Source: an uncultured Clostridium sp. (lineage in GTDB: Bacteria; Cyanobacteriota; Vampirovibrionia; Gastranaerophilales; Gastranaerophilaceae). From it: a stretch of DNA of 64,000 nucleotides. The position numbers were made by a program, and so were the translations under genes. The stretch spans positions 125-64,124 of the forward strand of contig CAZUKK010000010.1 in the NCBI GenBank assembly GCA_964620875.1. The letters run 5' to 3'. Below are positions 24,401 through 32,349 of the stretch, piece after piece. The stretch's first letter is position 1. Each line of letters begins with the position of its first letter. The notes beneath the pieces were generated by a model. That model did no database searches. It was not told the origin of the DNA and was given only the letters and a program-made list of their open reading frames with translations.

Positions 24401-26112
24401 TCATAGATACAAAGTAAACATGCCAAAGTATCTTTTCTCAACCTAAATTCTGATATATCAGCTAAACTACTATTAAATTGTTCACCATCAGAAGAAAATC
24501 CCTCAAAATAACCAAACTTAACTTCATCTTCTGATAGTAATGGACATCCTTGTTCTTCAAACGCCATGAACACTTGATCTAATGTTATATTATTTGGATC
24601 ACCTAGTTTTTTCAATTCATTATAAACTTTACCTAAATCAATTTTATCAAGATAATCTTGAGGTAAATATGGAAATCTTTTAGTTATTACATACCCAAAC
24701 ATTGGCATATGCATATCCATACCATAAGTTTCAGCAATAAACTCAACAGGTACTTTTTTACCGTTATTCATAACAGTTTTGCCTGAATCAAATACAGAAA
24801 TTCCTGTTTTCTCAAAAACCCGTTTTTTAATTTCTGTTAAATTAGTTATATTTTGTTTTTTACATGCCTGAATTTCCTCTATAACTTTAGCCCTATCCTC
24901 TTTTGATAACCCGTTAAGAATCTGATAAAATGCGTTATTCGCTTGAGTAGGGACAAATCCCGCAGATTTTGCAATATCTCTTGCATTGTTATCACCTTCA
25001 ATAGCTATTTTTATCTTTTGATTTGGTTTTAAATTATTTATAATGTCAGGATTTAACATTTGAATTCTCAATGCTAATGTCCTGATTTGTTCTTTTGAGC
25101 CATTTGGAAGAATTTCTTTAGCTAAACTTTCTACTGAAGTGTGTTTCTTTTTAATAGTATATTCTGAAAGTGAACAGGCAAATAAATTATCACGTTCATG
25201 CTTTACACTCCAATTAAAAAATGCTTGCTTAGCTTCAACTGAAGATTTTCTATCCCTTACAGATATATCATCAGCAGCAATCTCTCCGGGAACACGAACG
25301 ATTCCACCAACCTGCATTTTATTGTAATCAAAATTCTTATCATTTAAGTTATCTAATTCTTTTCTTGGTACATGAAAATTGTCTTTTAACCTTTCAAAAC
25401 TATCACCATTCTGCAAAACTACATAAGAATTACCCTCTCCATCATATCTAATCTCATACACCTTATCAGGAGTTTCAATCCGTTGATATAGCTTATGCAC
25501 CTCTTGATTATCATACTCCGATATACTTGCAGTATTATAAAAATTTGTTGTAATTTTATCATCTTTAATTATTACTTCTTGAATTGCACCATTTAAAGAG
25601 GGTTCGGTAGAAACATAAATCTTTGTACCATCAGGTTTTGTAATAGTTTTTGATATAAAATCTGAATCTTCCACATCTCCGGTTTCTGGGTTGACATTTA
25701 ATGCGGTTGAGGTAATTTTTGTACCATCAGAGAGCCTAGTTTCAAGAACAACATACGCAATTCCTTCTTCATTTTTAAGATAAGTATAAATTGTTTCTTC
25801 TTTATTATCCCTCGATTTTCTTGATTTTATTCTCTCATTATCATATTTAAATACATATTCATCTGTAACATCAAGATTACTATTGACAATATCAGCTTCA
25901 ACAGAATGTTCCACAGAAAGCCCCATATTATCATTAGCAAGCGAAAAACCAGTACCAAAAGTAGAATTTTGACAAGCCTGCTCGTATTCTGCACGTGAAA
26001 TGACACCACCATCTACCATTGCAGACAAAACAACCCGTTCAGGCTTGCCTTTCAACTCTGTGTGAGAATTCACAAAACTATTCATCTTTTCTTGAATATA
26101 CCAGTTATCCAT
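21454..26112 (-). CDS. giant (1552 aa) uncharacterised protein with LysM-like domains and a central Gly/Ala-rich hydrophobic region
   Basis: LysM-like YVVLQNGDSFERLKDNFHVPRKELDNLN...VGGIVRVPG, with a second LysM-like segment at EYTIKKKHTSVESLAKEIL...NQKIKI. The hydrophobic block is GLGGSLGATAVANGVTMGLTTAAVEGIDLV...GFGVFAGGM. Confidence 0.65.
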   Translation of the reverse strand: MDNWYIQEKMNSFVNSHTELKGKPERVVLSAMVDGGVISRAEYEQACQNSTFGTGFSLANDNMGLSVEHSVEADIVNSNLDVTDEYVFKYDNERIKSRKSRDNKEETIYTYLKNEEGIAYVVLETRLSDGTKITSTALNVNPETGDVEDSDFISKTITKPDGTKIYVSTEPSLNGAIQEVIIKDDKITTNFYNTASISEYDNQEVHKLYQRIETPDKVYEIRYDGEGNSYVVLQNGDSFERLKDNFHVPRKELDNLNDKNFDYNKMQVGGIVRVPGEIAADDISVRDRKSSVEAKQAFFNWSVKHERDNLFACSLSEYTIKKKHTSVESLAKEILPNGSKEQIRTLALRIQMLNPDIINNLKPNQKIKIAIEGDNNARDIAKSAGFVPTQANNAFYQILNGLSKEDRAKVIEEIQACKKQNITNLTEIKKRVFEKTGISVFDSGKTVMNNGKKVPVEFIAETYGMDMHMPMFGYVITKRFPYLPQDYLDKIDLGKVYNELKKLGDPNNITLDQVFMAFEEQGCPLLSEDEVKFGYFEGFSSDGEQFNSSLADISEFRLRKDTLACLLCIYESGMSNLTDYRDNQGLFGQLSEGLCKAFNNGSSIESYITQLQNDKDAVSGYFDSIKVYSNCPEQFNDIFKQMTGLDYNQSKDNIQSFLTLATSGSDPKSKEYQDAFKKAFGSKLFDEISTYCEQKSFFINLANLSTQVCLMLSPVGRGLTGFVSKGLGGSLGATAVANGVTMGLTTAAVEGIDLVVKDASISSQDISNYAQSVMVSTGFGVFAGGMSPVFSKVCSSVSSGAARICPKLFKAPNVSKLESVTKALESGKTVSGTELMSTYLSKSGANFVGKGIEFATEIIAFSLYSISTGPIAAKLAEKLAASLFNKDGTLKSEYDDEKSLGEKIMTELGNQFQGLLTCQGLTKIIMAFCSKKNVNAVTTQERLSGFETLKNVEFKYTKINGKDVIVAKTPRGNIKINSVADAVKFCEVGMSVEAATIVNAPKFESVRAELESSNSAKETTDANGNKILIVHRNIANLGDYTFYKFDKNGNFVETGSVKKSNLKQQFGKSIDEFSRLKTQESVNVYSFVEPFSPAVIATWRGVIDPLFKSAKINVQHAKFKNVTDTMTKLAMGLGIDVNNPKELNEFRAKIKDIKVEGKSPDQLVSELRDLNLVQPDFIKNLKETSPNFESELNYMMRKYNISVSEFNEYFSDKRFERFSANDVLTEVYKINETLKLDGRFELFNLSFAEKAKIYKALKSCDANAIGDVLLDRNFELADRNVNMESLWSQNNIAILRSKSEKLSYNSTISGYTEYNINGQITRVYGAGKGSYNKKVEGNTFETVLKSNMVTKEAVEAILNDVDSFPTIKNMLDLEVSNLKVGTAEGQVLSEGIKYIKPDGTAYTYRDLLQKAKTDFGSLNTQEIHKITELLSKTLSITEIGLLSKNSAVQAQAKQAMSLVQQMRNSTTNKQCKVDDHFYMRMIDRNMTSGFITNGNEIIPADMNTIINSVYEKAVATNKTGQFEVNIIINNKNVKCKVENNKGKITLVTIVGD

Positions 26113-26150
26113 ATTCTACCGTTATTTAAACATGATTAAACCAGTATATT

Positions 26151-26178
26151 CTATCGGCATTTTTTAAATATTTCTTTA
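26151..26178 (-). promoter_or_regulatory. sigma-28 (FliA)-type promoter
   Basis: Minus strand reads TAAAGAAA, 12 nt, GCCGATAG. The -10 element ends 38 nt upstream of the ATG at 26112. Confidence 0.6.
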
Positions 26179-26205
26179 ATTTATATTAAATTTTATTAAA
26201 ACAAG

Positions 26206-27789
26206 TTACCAGTTGAATGGATTCAATTTGCTAAGAGCTTTACCAACAGCCTTACCTGCACTTGCAACAGCTTTTCCAACCGCTTTGCCCGCTTTTGCAA
26301 CAGTCTTAACTGCTGCTCCTGCAGCTTTGCCGACTGCTTTACCGACAGTTTTTACTGCTTTACCAACGGCTTTTCCTGCCTTAGCAACAGTCTTAACTGC
26401 AGCTCCTGCAGCTTTACCAACCGCTTTCGCAGCTTTGCCGACTGTCTTAACCGCAGTGCCCACAGCTTTTCCAACGGCTTTCGCAGCTTTACCGACTGTC
26501 TTAACTGCAGTTCCCACAGCTTTCCCTACGGCTTTCGTAGCTTTACCAACTGTCTTAACCGCAGTGCCCACAGCTTTTCCTACGGTTTTTACAGCATTGC
26601 CGACACCTTTTACCAGCTTAGCTCCATTATCTCTAATATAATTATATGCTTTTACACAGCCTTTACCAACAGCCTCACAAATCATTCCACCGTATTTACT
26701 ACCGAGGATAGCACCACCAACAGCACCTATAGCGCCACCAATTGCAGTACCTATCCCTGGACAAATCATTGTACCAATAGCAGCCCCTGCCCAAGCTCCG
26801 GCTTTACCTCCCGCCCAAGCTCCAGCAACAGAACCCGCAGATTTACAAATTTGTACTGCACCTTTTTTTGCTTGAGTATCAATTCCCTCTGCTCGTTCTT
26901 TAGATGTAACGGGTTCAGAAAATGCCCTCCCAACGTTAAAACCTTCTATTGCTGCAGTAACAAATACAGTTGCTCTTCCAAGACCTTTCATAAATTTTGA
27001 ATTAGTAAACTTACCCACATTATTCATAACTTTGTCAAACTTACTAACCCGAACTTCTTTAGTGGTTCTTGCAATAGACGAAGCAGAGGCTGCATTACCT
27101 GATGGCTTAATGAGTTCATCCAAGAAATTTTTAGTATTATCTATAGTATCATTAACATTACTGGCAATCTCAACTCCCTGATTCACAGCATCTAACATAT
27201 TTTTACCGGAATTTGCGACATGAGAAGATGCACCCGAACCTCGTACTAACAGAGCAGCTCCACCAAATGCCGTTGCATATTTCGATGTTTTCGAAATATT
27301 AGCCCCAGTTGAACTACCTTGGGATTGAGTTCCTTGGGTCGGAGTATGTGTTACCGTATTATTACGTGATTTAGTTTTTGGTTTACTTTTTGGCTTATTT
27401 GCCGTTGAAGTATAAAAATCTCGTTTTGTATCAGGTTTGTCCCTTAAATTTTCAACAAGTTCTTGAAAGTTTTGCATTGTCGAAGTAGTCTCAGGTTGAG
27501 ATTTGTCAGAAGGATTATGAACAGGATTTTGCTCAGGTAATCTCTCTGTCTGCACCTCTGGAGTATTTTGCTTCGGTTGAGATACTGTTGGCTCATGACT
27601 TATTTGCACGCCTGGGAAACCAATATTCTCAGACTTTGTTTCTTGGGCTGCACCAAAGTTATTTTTCATAGCCTCAGCAATATTATTAGTATTTTGCAAT
27701 ACAGTCTTTCTTGTTTGGGCGTTTGGAGCGTTCTTTCTAATAAAAGTTTGGGACGTATTTATCCCAGCATTTAAACCTGGAATACTCAT
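26206..27789 (-). CDS. uncharacterised protein: disordered N-terminus, glycine-zipper membrane segment, Lys/Gly/Ala/Val tandem-repeat tail
   Basis: The glycine zipper is AGAWAGGKAGAWAGAAIGTMICPGIGTAIGGAIGAVGGAILG. It is followed by about 125 aa of AVGKAVGTAVKTVGKAAK-type repeats. Confidence 0.65.
   Translation of the reverse strand: MSIPGLNAGINTSQTFIRKNAPNAQTRKTVLQNTNNIAEAMKNNFGAAQETKSENIGFPGVQISHEPTVSQPKQNTPEVQTERLPEQNPVHNPSDKSQPETTSTMQNFQELVENLRDKPDTKRDFYTSTANKPKSKPKTKSRNNTVTHTPTQGTQSQGSSTGANISKTSKYATAFGGAALLVRGSGASSHVANSGKNMLDAVNQGVEIASNVNDTIDNTKNFLDELIKPSGNAASASSIARTTKEVRVSKFDKVMNNVGKFTNSKFMKGLGRATVFVTAAIEGFNVGRAFSEPVTSKERAEGIDTQAKKGAVQICKSAGSVAGAWAGGKAGAWAGAAIGTMICPGIGTAIGGAIGAVGGAILGSKYGGMICEAVGKGCVKAYNYIRDNGAKLVKGVGNAVKTVGKAVGTAVKTVGKATKAVGKAVGTAVKTVGKAAKAVGKAVGTAVKTVGKAAKAVGKAAGAAVKTVAKAGKAVGKAVKTVGKAVGKAAGAAVKTVAKAGKAVGKAVASAGKAVGKALSKLNPFNW
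26225..26610. repeat. in-frame tandem DNA repeats (three 54-bp units plus longer ~87-bp units) encoding the K/G/A/V repeat tail
   Basis: Near-identical 54-bp units at about 26422-26583 (..GCTTTCGCAGCTTTGCCGACTGTCTTAACCGCAGTGCCCACAGC..). The boundaries are approximate. Confidence 0.7.
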
Positions 27790-27987
27790 GTTTAATACTC
27801 TCTCTATACTATACTCTTGTATATATTAAGTACATATAGAGAGAGGATATTGCCCCATAAAGAAAAATATTTACAAATATTCACAATAACCCGTAAAGTC
27901 TACGAGGAACACAAACTTGCTAAATAAAATCACATACAAAATTCTTGCACCCCAAAAAAGTCTCTTGTAAAAAAGAAGTGTTTTAAA

Positions 27988-28016
27988 TGGCGGGGCTGAC
28001 ACTCACAGGTTCGAAC
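27988..28016 (-). other. tRNA-like 3'-end fragment (T-loop + acceptor-like + CCA), probable integration scar
   Basis: The reverse complement is GTTCGAACCTGTGAGTGTCAGCCCCGCCA. It shares TTTTAAATGGCGGG with the 3' flank and end of tRNA-Asp at 28624-28637. No 5' half is present. Confidence 0.4.
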
Positions 28017-28048
28017 TTTTAGTTCAGAATTATTATAAGCATGTCAAC

Positions 28049-28582
28049 TCAGATTGCACCCATAAGATATGTAATCTTATATCTTTGGTAAGCAATTATA
28101 AAAAATATGATTAAAACAATTATTATTCCATAAGCTATAAAGTATTCTTGTAGTTCAGAATTTATAAAATCCAATTCATATCCTGATTTGTCTGAAGGAT
28201 TAATTTTCAAGATTTTCTTTATTATTGAGCGTTTTTTTATATATAAAAACACCAGCTCATTCTTGTCCCTTCTTGTATACATATCGATAAGTTTACCATA
28301 CATTTGAAGTTGTATTTTCAGAAATTTAATGTTATTTTTATCGAATTTGAGTTTTTGCTCACATAATTTAATAACTTTACGTGCAGTTTTTCTACCTTGA
28401 CTGTCTCTATTCAAATGGTCTAATATATGAATTTTTTTCAAATAAAGATTGTAATTTTCAGGTTCTAAGATTAATTTATCATCTATGATTTTTAAAACTT
28501 TTTGAGCAATCTCTTTTGCATGTGCTATATCAACTGCATGTTTATATTCACAAAATAATTTATCAATATCTTTTTCTTGCAT
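28049..28582 (-). CDS. hypothetical helical-repeat protein with a C-terminal TM anchor
   Basis: The start is trimmed to M29 (MQEKDIDK...) because the upstream extension overlaps tRNA-Asp and its terminator. The C-terminal TM segment is YGIIIVLIIFFIIAY. Confidence 0.5.
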   Translation of the reverse strand: MQEKDIDKLFCEYKHAVDIAHAKEIAQKVLKIIDDKLILEPENYNLYLKKIHILDHLNRDSQGRKTARKVIKLCEQKLKFDKNNIKFLKIQLQMYGKLIDMYTRRDKNELVFLYIKKRSIIKKILKINPSDKSGYELDFINSELQEYFIAYGIIIVLIIFFIIAYQRYKITYLMGAI

Positions 28583-28599
28583 AATATTAAAATTCCTAA

Positions 28600-28623
28600 T
28601 AAAAAAGACCCTATAAAGGGTCT
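28600..28623 (-). terminator. Rho-independent terminator after tRNA-Asp
   Basis: Minus strand reads AGACCCT-TTAT-AGGGTCT followed by T6. Confidence 0.65.
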
Positions 28624-28630
28624 TTTTAAA

Positions 28631-28708
28631 TGGCGGGAACGACGAGGCTCGAACTCGCGACCTCATGCGTGACAGGCATGCGCTCTAACCAAACTGAGCT
28701 ACGCTCCC
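28631..28708 (-). tRNA. tRNA-Asp (anticodon GTC), CCA encoded
   Basis: The reverse complement is GGGAGCGTAGCTCAGTTTGGTTAGAGCGCATGCCTGTCACGCATGAGGTCGCGAGTTCGAGCCTCGTCGTTCCCGCCA. The anticodon stem is CATGC/GCATG with loop CTGTCAC. Confidence 0.9.
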
Positions 28709-28804
28709 ATTTATCTTGGCTATGTTTTTATTATATTTGCTAAAAATTAAAATGCAACATTTTTTTCAAAATATATGAAAATTATTATTTTTATATATTA
28801 TTTG

Positions 28805-28831
28805 AAAAAGTCTCGGTTATAAAACCGAGAC
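28805..28831 (-). terminator. Rho-independent terminator
   Basis: GTCTCGGTT-ATAA-AACCGAGAC, with a T-run on the minus strand. Confidence 0.65.
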
Positions 28832-28851
28832 TTTCTGCATAAAACTTATTC

Positions 28852-29301
28852 CTAGTAATACCAAAAATTATTATAATATGGTCTAGATCTAAGATATTTG
28901 TCAGTACATACAAACATAAATGATTCATATGCTCTTGAACCCGGATTATCAATATTATACCAGTGCTTTCCTATATTTTTTCCGGTATTAACAACTCGAC
29001 CTTTTGCATCATATGCAGTATATGAAAGTGTTTTTGCATAATTAGAAGCACAATTCATATATGACGTAGTATTGATAGTTGCAACAGCTTTTCCGTTAAC
29101 CACTTCTAATGATCTGCCAGGTTCTGCAACATATTTAGTAACATATGTAAATGCACCATAATCTCTTGTTGGTTGAAGACTATGAGCATCAATATAATGC
29201 CCTGGTCCAATACCAATCCACTCTTGAGCAAACGAAGGTATTATAGTACCTGAAAGTACAAATAATCCTAACATTGCTTTCACTAAAATCTTTTTCACCA
29301 T
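28852..29301 (-). CDS. secreted hypothetical protein
   Basis: Signal peptide MVKKILVKAMLGLFVLSGTIIPSFAQE. A TTGACA-17-TATATT promoter lies upstream. Confidence 0.55.
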   Translation of the reverse strand: MVKKILVKAMLGLFVLSGTIIPSFAQEWIGIGPGHYIDAHSLQPTRDYGAFTYVTKYVAEPGRSLEVVNGKAVATINTTSYMNCASNYAKTLSYTAYDAKGRVVNTGKNIGKHWYNIDNPGSRAYESFMFVCTDKYLRSRPYYNNFWYY

Positions 29302-29463
29302 TCAACCCTCTCTTAATTTATCTAAATTTGTACCACAAGACAAATATATCAAAATTTTAATAACCTGTCAAAATACTAATAAAAATAAAAAGCCTCAGTT
29401 CAAAAACCAAGGCTTATAAAATGAATTGTAAAAATTATATTAAAATTGTTATTCCGTCAATCT

Positions 29464-31185
29464 TTAATCGGCATACAACGGTGCTAATTTTTTAGATTGC
29501 TGAGGAATTACACCTTCTTCAATTGACATATAAACTCGATAATCAATTTCTGCAAAACAATTATCAATACTTTCAATCTTTTGAAGCTCAACTTCATTGA
29601 TATTACCACTTTCAATCATATCTGCGATAAATTCAAATCGGTCTACATGTTCTCTAAATCTGTCGGTTGCATAATCTTTAGCCTGCCATGTTGTAATCAA
29701 AAACGGCCAATCTGAACTTTGCAACAACAAATTTTCTCTAGCCAATTGATTTAGAGCTCTGTGCAATAATTTATCTTCCGGAATATCTTGATATTTATCA
29801 GCAATTGACGTAATTCTTTTTTCACAAGAGTGAATAATTGGCCACATCCATTCTGTTAAATGGTTGTTCCAAACATAGAAGTGTCCACCTTGCCCCCAAG
29901 AAGATTCAGGAATTTGAATAGCTTCCACAGGAGGATGTGCATGCAAGTATTCACCTGCTGTCATTCTTTCAACTTGCGGAACATAATTATGGAACTTTTT
30001 AATTACTTGTTTAATAAATTCAATACCTTCAAACCACCAGTGTCCGAACAACTCTGTATCAAAGGATACCATTATTAAACCTTCTTTTCCGTTTGCATTT
30101 TTATAATCATTCAACAAGTGATAAAGCATTGTTGTGTAATGATCAGAATTTTCATTAATTTTATTCAAAGCCAACACCGGATCATAAAGCATTTTATCAC
30201 CCAAATCAGTTTTAGAAGAAGTAATTCTCCAATAATTCATACCTGATTTATCGTCTTTTTTGTGGAATTCTCTAAACACGCCATCCCCAGGATAACCGTC
30301 TGCTGCTGACCAAACCTGATAACCTGCTCTGTCATTTCTTCCCATAACAGCAACTTGAGCATCAGGAAGCCAGTATGCAGAATATGTATCATATCCTGTA
30401 GGCTCTCTATCAGGAAGAGGAATGTATTCGATATTTCCGTATACACCAACAACACGTCTGCATCCGATAGAATTTCCACCTTCAATTACATGCGATTCAG
30501 TAAAGAAGTATTCGATATCATTATTTTGCAAAGTCAATTCAATAGCAGGTCTCCAGTGTTTTTGACCGTCTTTTCCAACATATTCGTAACCTTGACGATA
30601 TGCACATTCAGGTAGCCAACAACCCTTTGCTTTTTTTCCAAAAAATCTTTTTGTAGTATCTGAACCAACTTTGAACTGGGCATTCAAATTATTATCAGTT
30701 GCCAAAAGCGGAGAAAATCCGTGAGTAGCACCTGATGTTGTAATTTCAATACATCCTAAATCTTGATATTTTTTGAAAGCACTGATTAAATCCATTCCGT
30801 ATTTATTAACAAAAGATGATTTAATATTATTAAACCAATCAAAATAATATTTAGCTAAGTATTTTAAGTGTTGAGAATGAGGAACTTCAGGATCAGGATA
30901 TCTTTCCAAATCTTCAGAAACACTTTTAATTCTTGAATCTAAATACTCTACAAACCCATGTTTTAAGTGCTCATCATTTAATTGTTCAGCCAAAATCGGA
31001 GTAATACCGACAGTTAACTTAGCTTTAATACCTTCATCATACAATTCTGAAATTGCATTAAGAAGTGGAACATATGTTTCTGCCATACATTCATAAAGGT
31101 TTTCTTCACCGAACGGCCACATCCCTGCTTTTCTGTAGTAAGGAAGATGACTATGTAACATAAATACGAATTGTCCTACTGCCAT
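29464..31185 (-). CDS. glycoside hydrolase family 57 enzyme (GH57 1,4-alpha-glucan branching enzyme type)
   Basis: FMLHSHLPYY, TSGATHGFSPLL, WLPECAY and FDTELFGHWWFEG are GH57 motifs. The start is set at the ATG (MAVGQ...), preceded by GGAGG. Confidence 0.8.
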   Translation of the reverse strand: MAVGQFVFMLHSHLPYYRKAGMWPFGEENLYECMAETYVPLLNAISELYDEGIKAKLTVGITPILAEQLNDEHLKHGFVEYLDSRIKSVSEDLERYPDPEVPHSQHLKYLAKYYFDWFNNIKSSFVNKYGMDLISAFKKYQDLGCIEITTSGATHGFSPLLATDNNLNAQFKVGSDTTKRFFGKKAKGCWLPECAYRQGYEYVGKDGQKHWRPAIELTLQNNDIEYFFTESHVIEGGNSIGCRRVVGVYGNIEYIPLPDREPTGYDTYSAYWLPDAQVAVMGRNDRAGYQVWSAADGYPGDGVFREFHKKDDKSGMNYWRITSSKTDLGDKMLYDPVLALNKINENSDHYTTMLYHLLNDYKNANGKEGLIMVSFDTELFGHWWFEGIEFIKQVIKKFHNYVPQVERMTAGEYLHAHPPVEAIQIPESSWGQGGHFYVWNNHLTEWMWPIIHSCEKRITSIADKYQDIPEDKLLHRALNQLARENLLLQSSDWPFLITTWQAKDYATDRFREHVDRFEFIADMIESGNINEVELQKIESIDNCFAEIDYRVYMSIEEGVIPQQSKKLAPLYAD

Positions 31186-31400
31186 TTTTGCCTCCAATCT
31201 GCTGAACTATACTTTAATATAATCCACTTATGTATAAATTATATATACCACAAACGGGTAAAAAATATAATCCTTTTTAACTAGTTCTTATGAATAACGT
31301 TACAAATATTAACAGGAAGCTGCGTACAGTTAAACCAAAAGTTCCATACTATTATTGAATCCCACTCATTTTAAACTCGCATTTACAATCTGTTACAGTA

Positions 31401-31440
31401 AAAAAGGTACAAATCAAATTATTGATTTGTACCTTTTTTT
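31401..31440. terminator. bidirectional hairpin terminator
   Basis: A5-GGTACAAATCAA..TTGATTTGTACC-T7. Confidence 0.7.
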
Positions 31441-31457
31441 ATTTTCATAACCAAAAA

Positions 31458-32093
31458 CTAAATCGCAACTGATTGAGATTTAACCTCGACTTCCATCGGA
31501 ATTTCTTTTATAACTTCCGCATTAAGCTTTCTTGCCTGCTCAATCTTAGCCATAGGCGGATTGCCAGATGTTTGTGCCAAAACCTTTGCTCCGGATACTG
31601 ATGTCGGAACTCCGTTTTTCGCAGCAACCATTGCAGGATCAGGATGAGCTTTATAATGATTATAGTCAGTCATAATCTTAGCAACAAATCTCTTTGTTTC
31701 ACTAAACGGAGGTACTGCTCTATATTTTTTTACATTACCAGGACCTGCGTTATATGCTGCAAGCGCTAATTCTACTGAACCAAACATTTTATACATAGAT
31801 TTGTAATACATAATTCCACCCTTGATATTATCATCAAGAGAATATGCATTTAAGCCCATTCTTCTTGCAGTTGAAGGCATTAACTGAAACACACCTACTG
31901 CACCATGAGCACTTCTCGCTTCCTGTCTGAATCCTGATTCTGTTTTTGCAATACTCAATGCTATTGCCGGGTCTACTCCCATTTCGATAGAATGTTTTAC
32001 TATCGCCGCCTTAATTGTATTGACGTTGGCTGCCTGCACAGGTGCAACACACATGCACACAAATGCAATTGTGAATAGTAATAATTTTTTCAA
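31458..32093 (-). CDS. lytic transglycosylase (SLT domain), secreted
   Basis: Signal peptide present. ALSIAKTESGFRQEA has the catalytic Glu. GVFQLMPSTA and AYNAGPGNV are also present. Confidence 0.8.
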   Translation of the reverse strand: MKKLLLFTIAFVCMCVAPVQAANVNTIKAAIVKHSIEMGVDPAIALSIAKTESGFRQEARSAHGAVGVFQLMPSTARRMGLNAYSLDDNIKGGIMYYKSMYKMFGSVELALAAYNAGPGNVKKYRAVPPFSETKRFVAKIMTDYNHYKAHPDPAMVAAKNGVPTSVSGAKVLAQTSGNPPMAKIEQARKLNAEVIKEIPMEVEVKSQSVAI

Positions 32094-32349
32094 AATGTAA
32101 TCCTCTAGTTGTAAATTGAAAATTCTCCAAAGACTACTTTTTTTCTCCTACTTTTTTATAAGATTTCGTCTTTTTTGAATGTGATTATGTAACTATAATA
32201 TTGCAAAAATTTAAAATTTCAACCCCCAACGAGGATAATCCTAAAATTTCAACCGCCACAATCCGCTCATAGAGCCAACTTTACATTCTTAACAATTAGT
32301 GTAAAAAATACGATAATTTTGTCAAGTTTTTTATTTTTAAGCAGAAATT

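Noticed and set aside
26225-26610. Possible CRISPR array suggested by regularly spaced repeats
   Set aside because: The repeats are contiguous with no unique spacers, they are in frame and they encode a peptide repeat. No cas genes are in the window.
26213-26641. 142-aa plus-strand ORF made of ALPTA/FPTA repeats
   Set aside because: It is the antisense reading of the in-frame tandem repeats in the well-supported minus-strand gene 26206-27789. It has no independent start context.
27988-28016. tmRNA (ssrA) 3' end, because CAGCCCC-G-CCA could pair with a GGGGCTG 5' end
   Set aside because: There is no matching T-stem upstream of the TTCGAAC loop. Ten rather than five nucleotides separate the loop and the acceptor. 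No GGGGCTG 5' end or tag-reading-frame region lies in the adjacent AT-rich coding sequence.
28583-28666. N-terminal 28 codons of track ORF 28049-28666
   Set aside because: This extension overlaps tRNA-Asp and its terminator. An internal ATG at 28580-28582 gives a sensible start.
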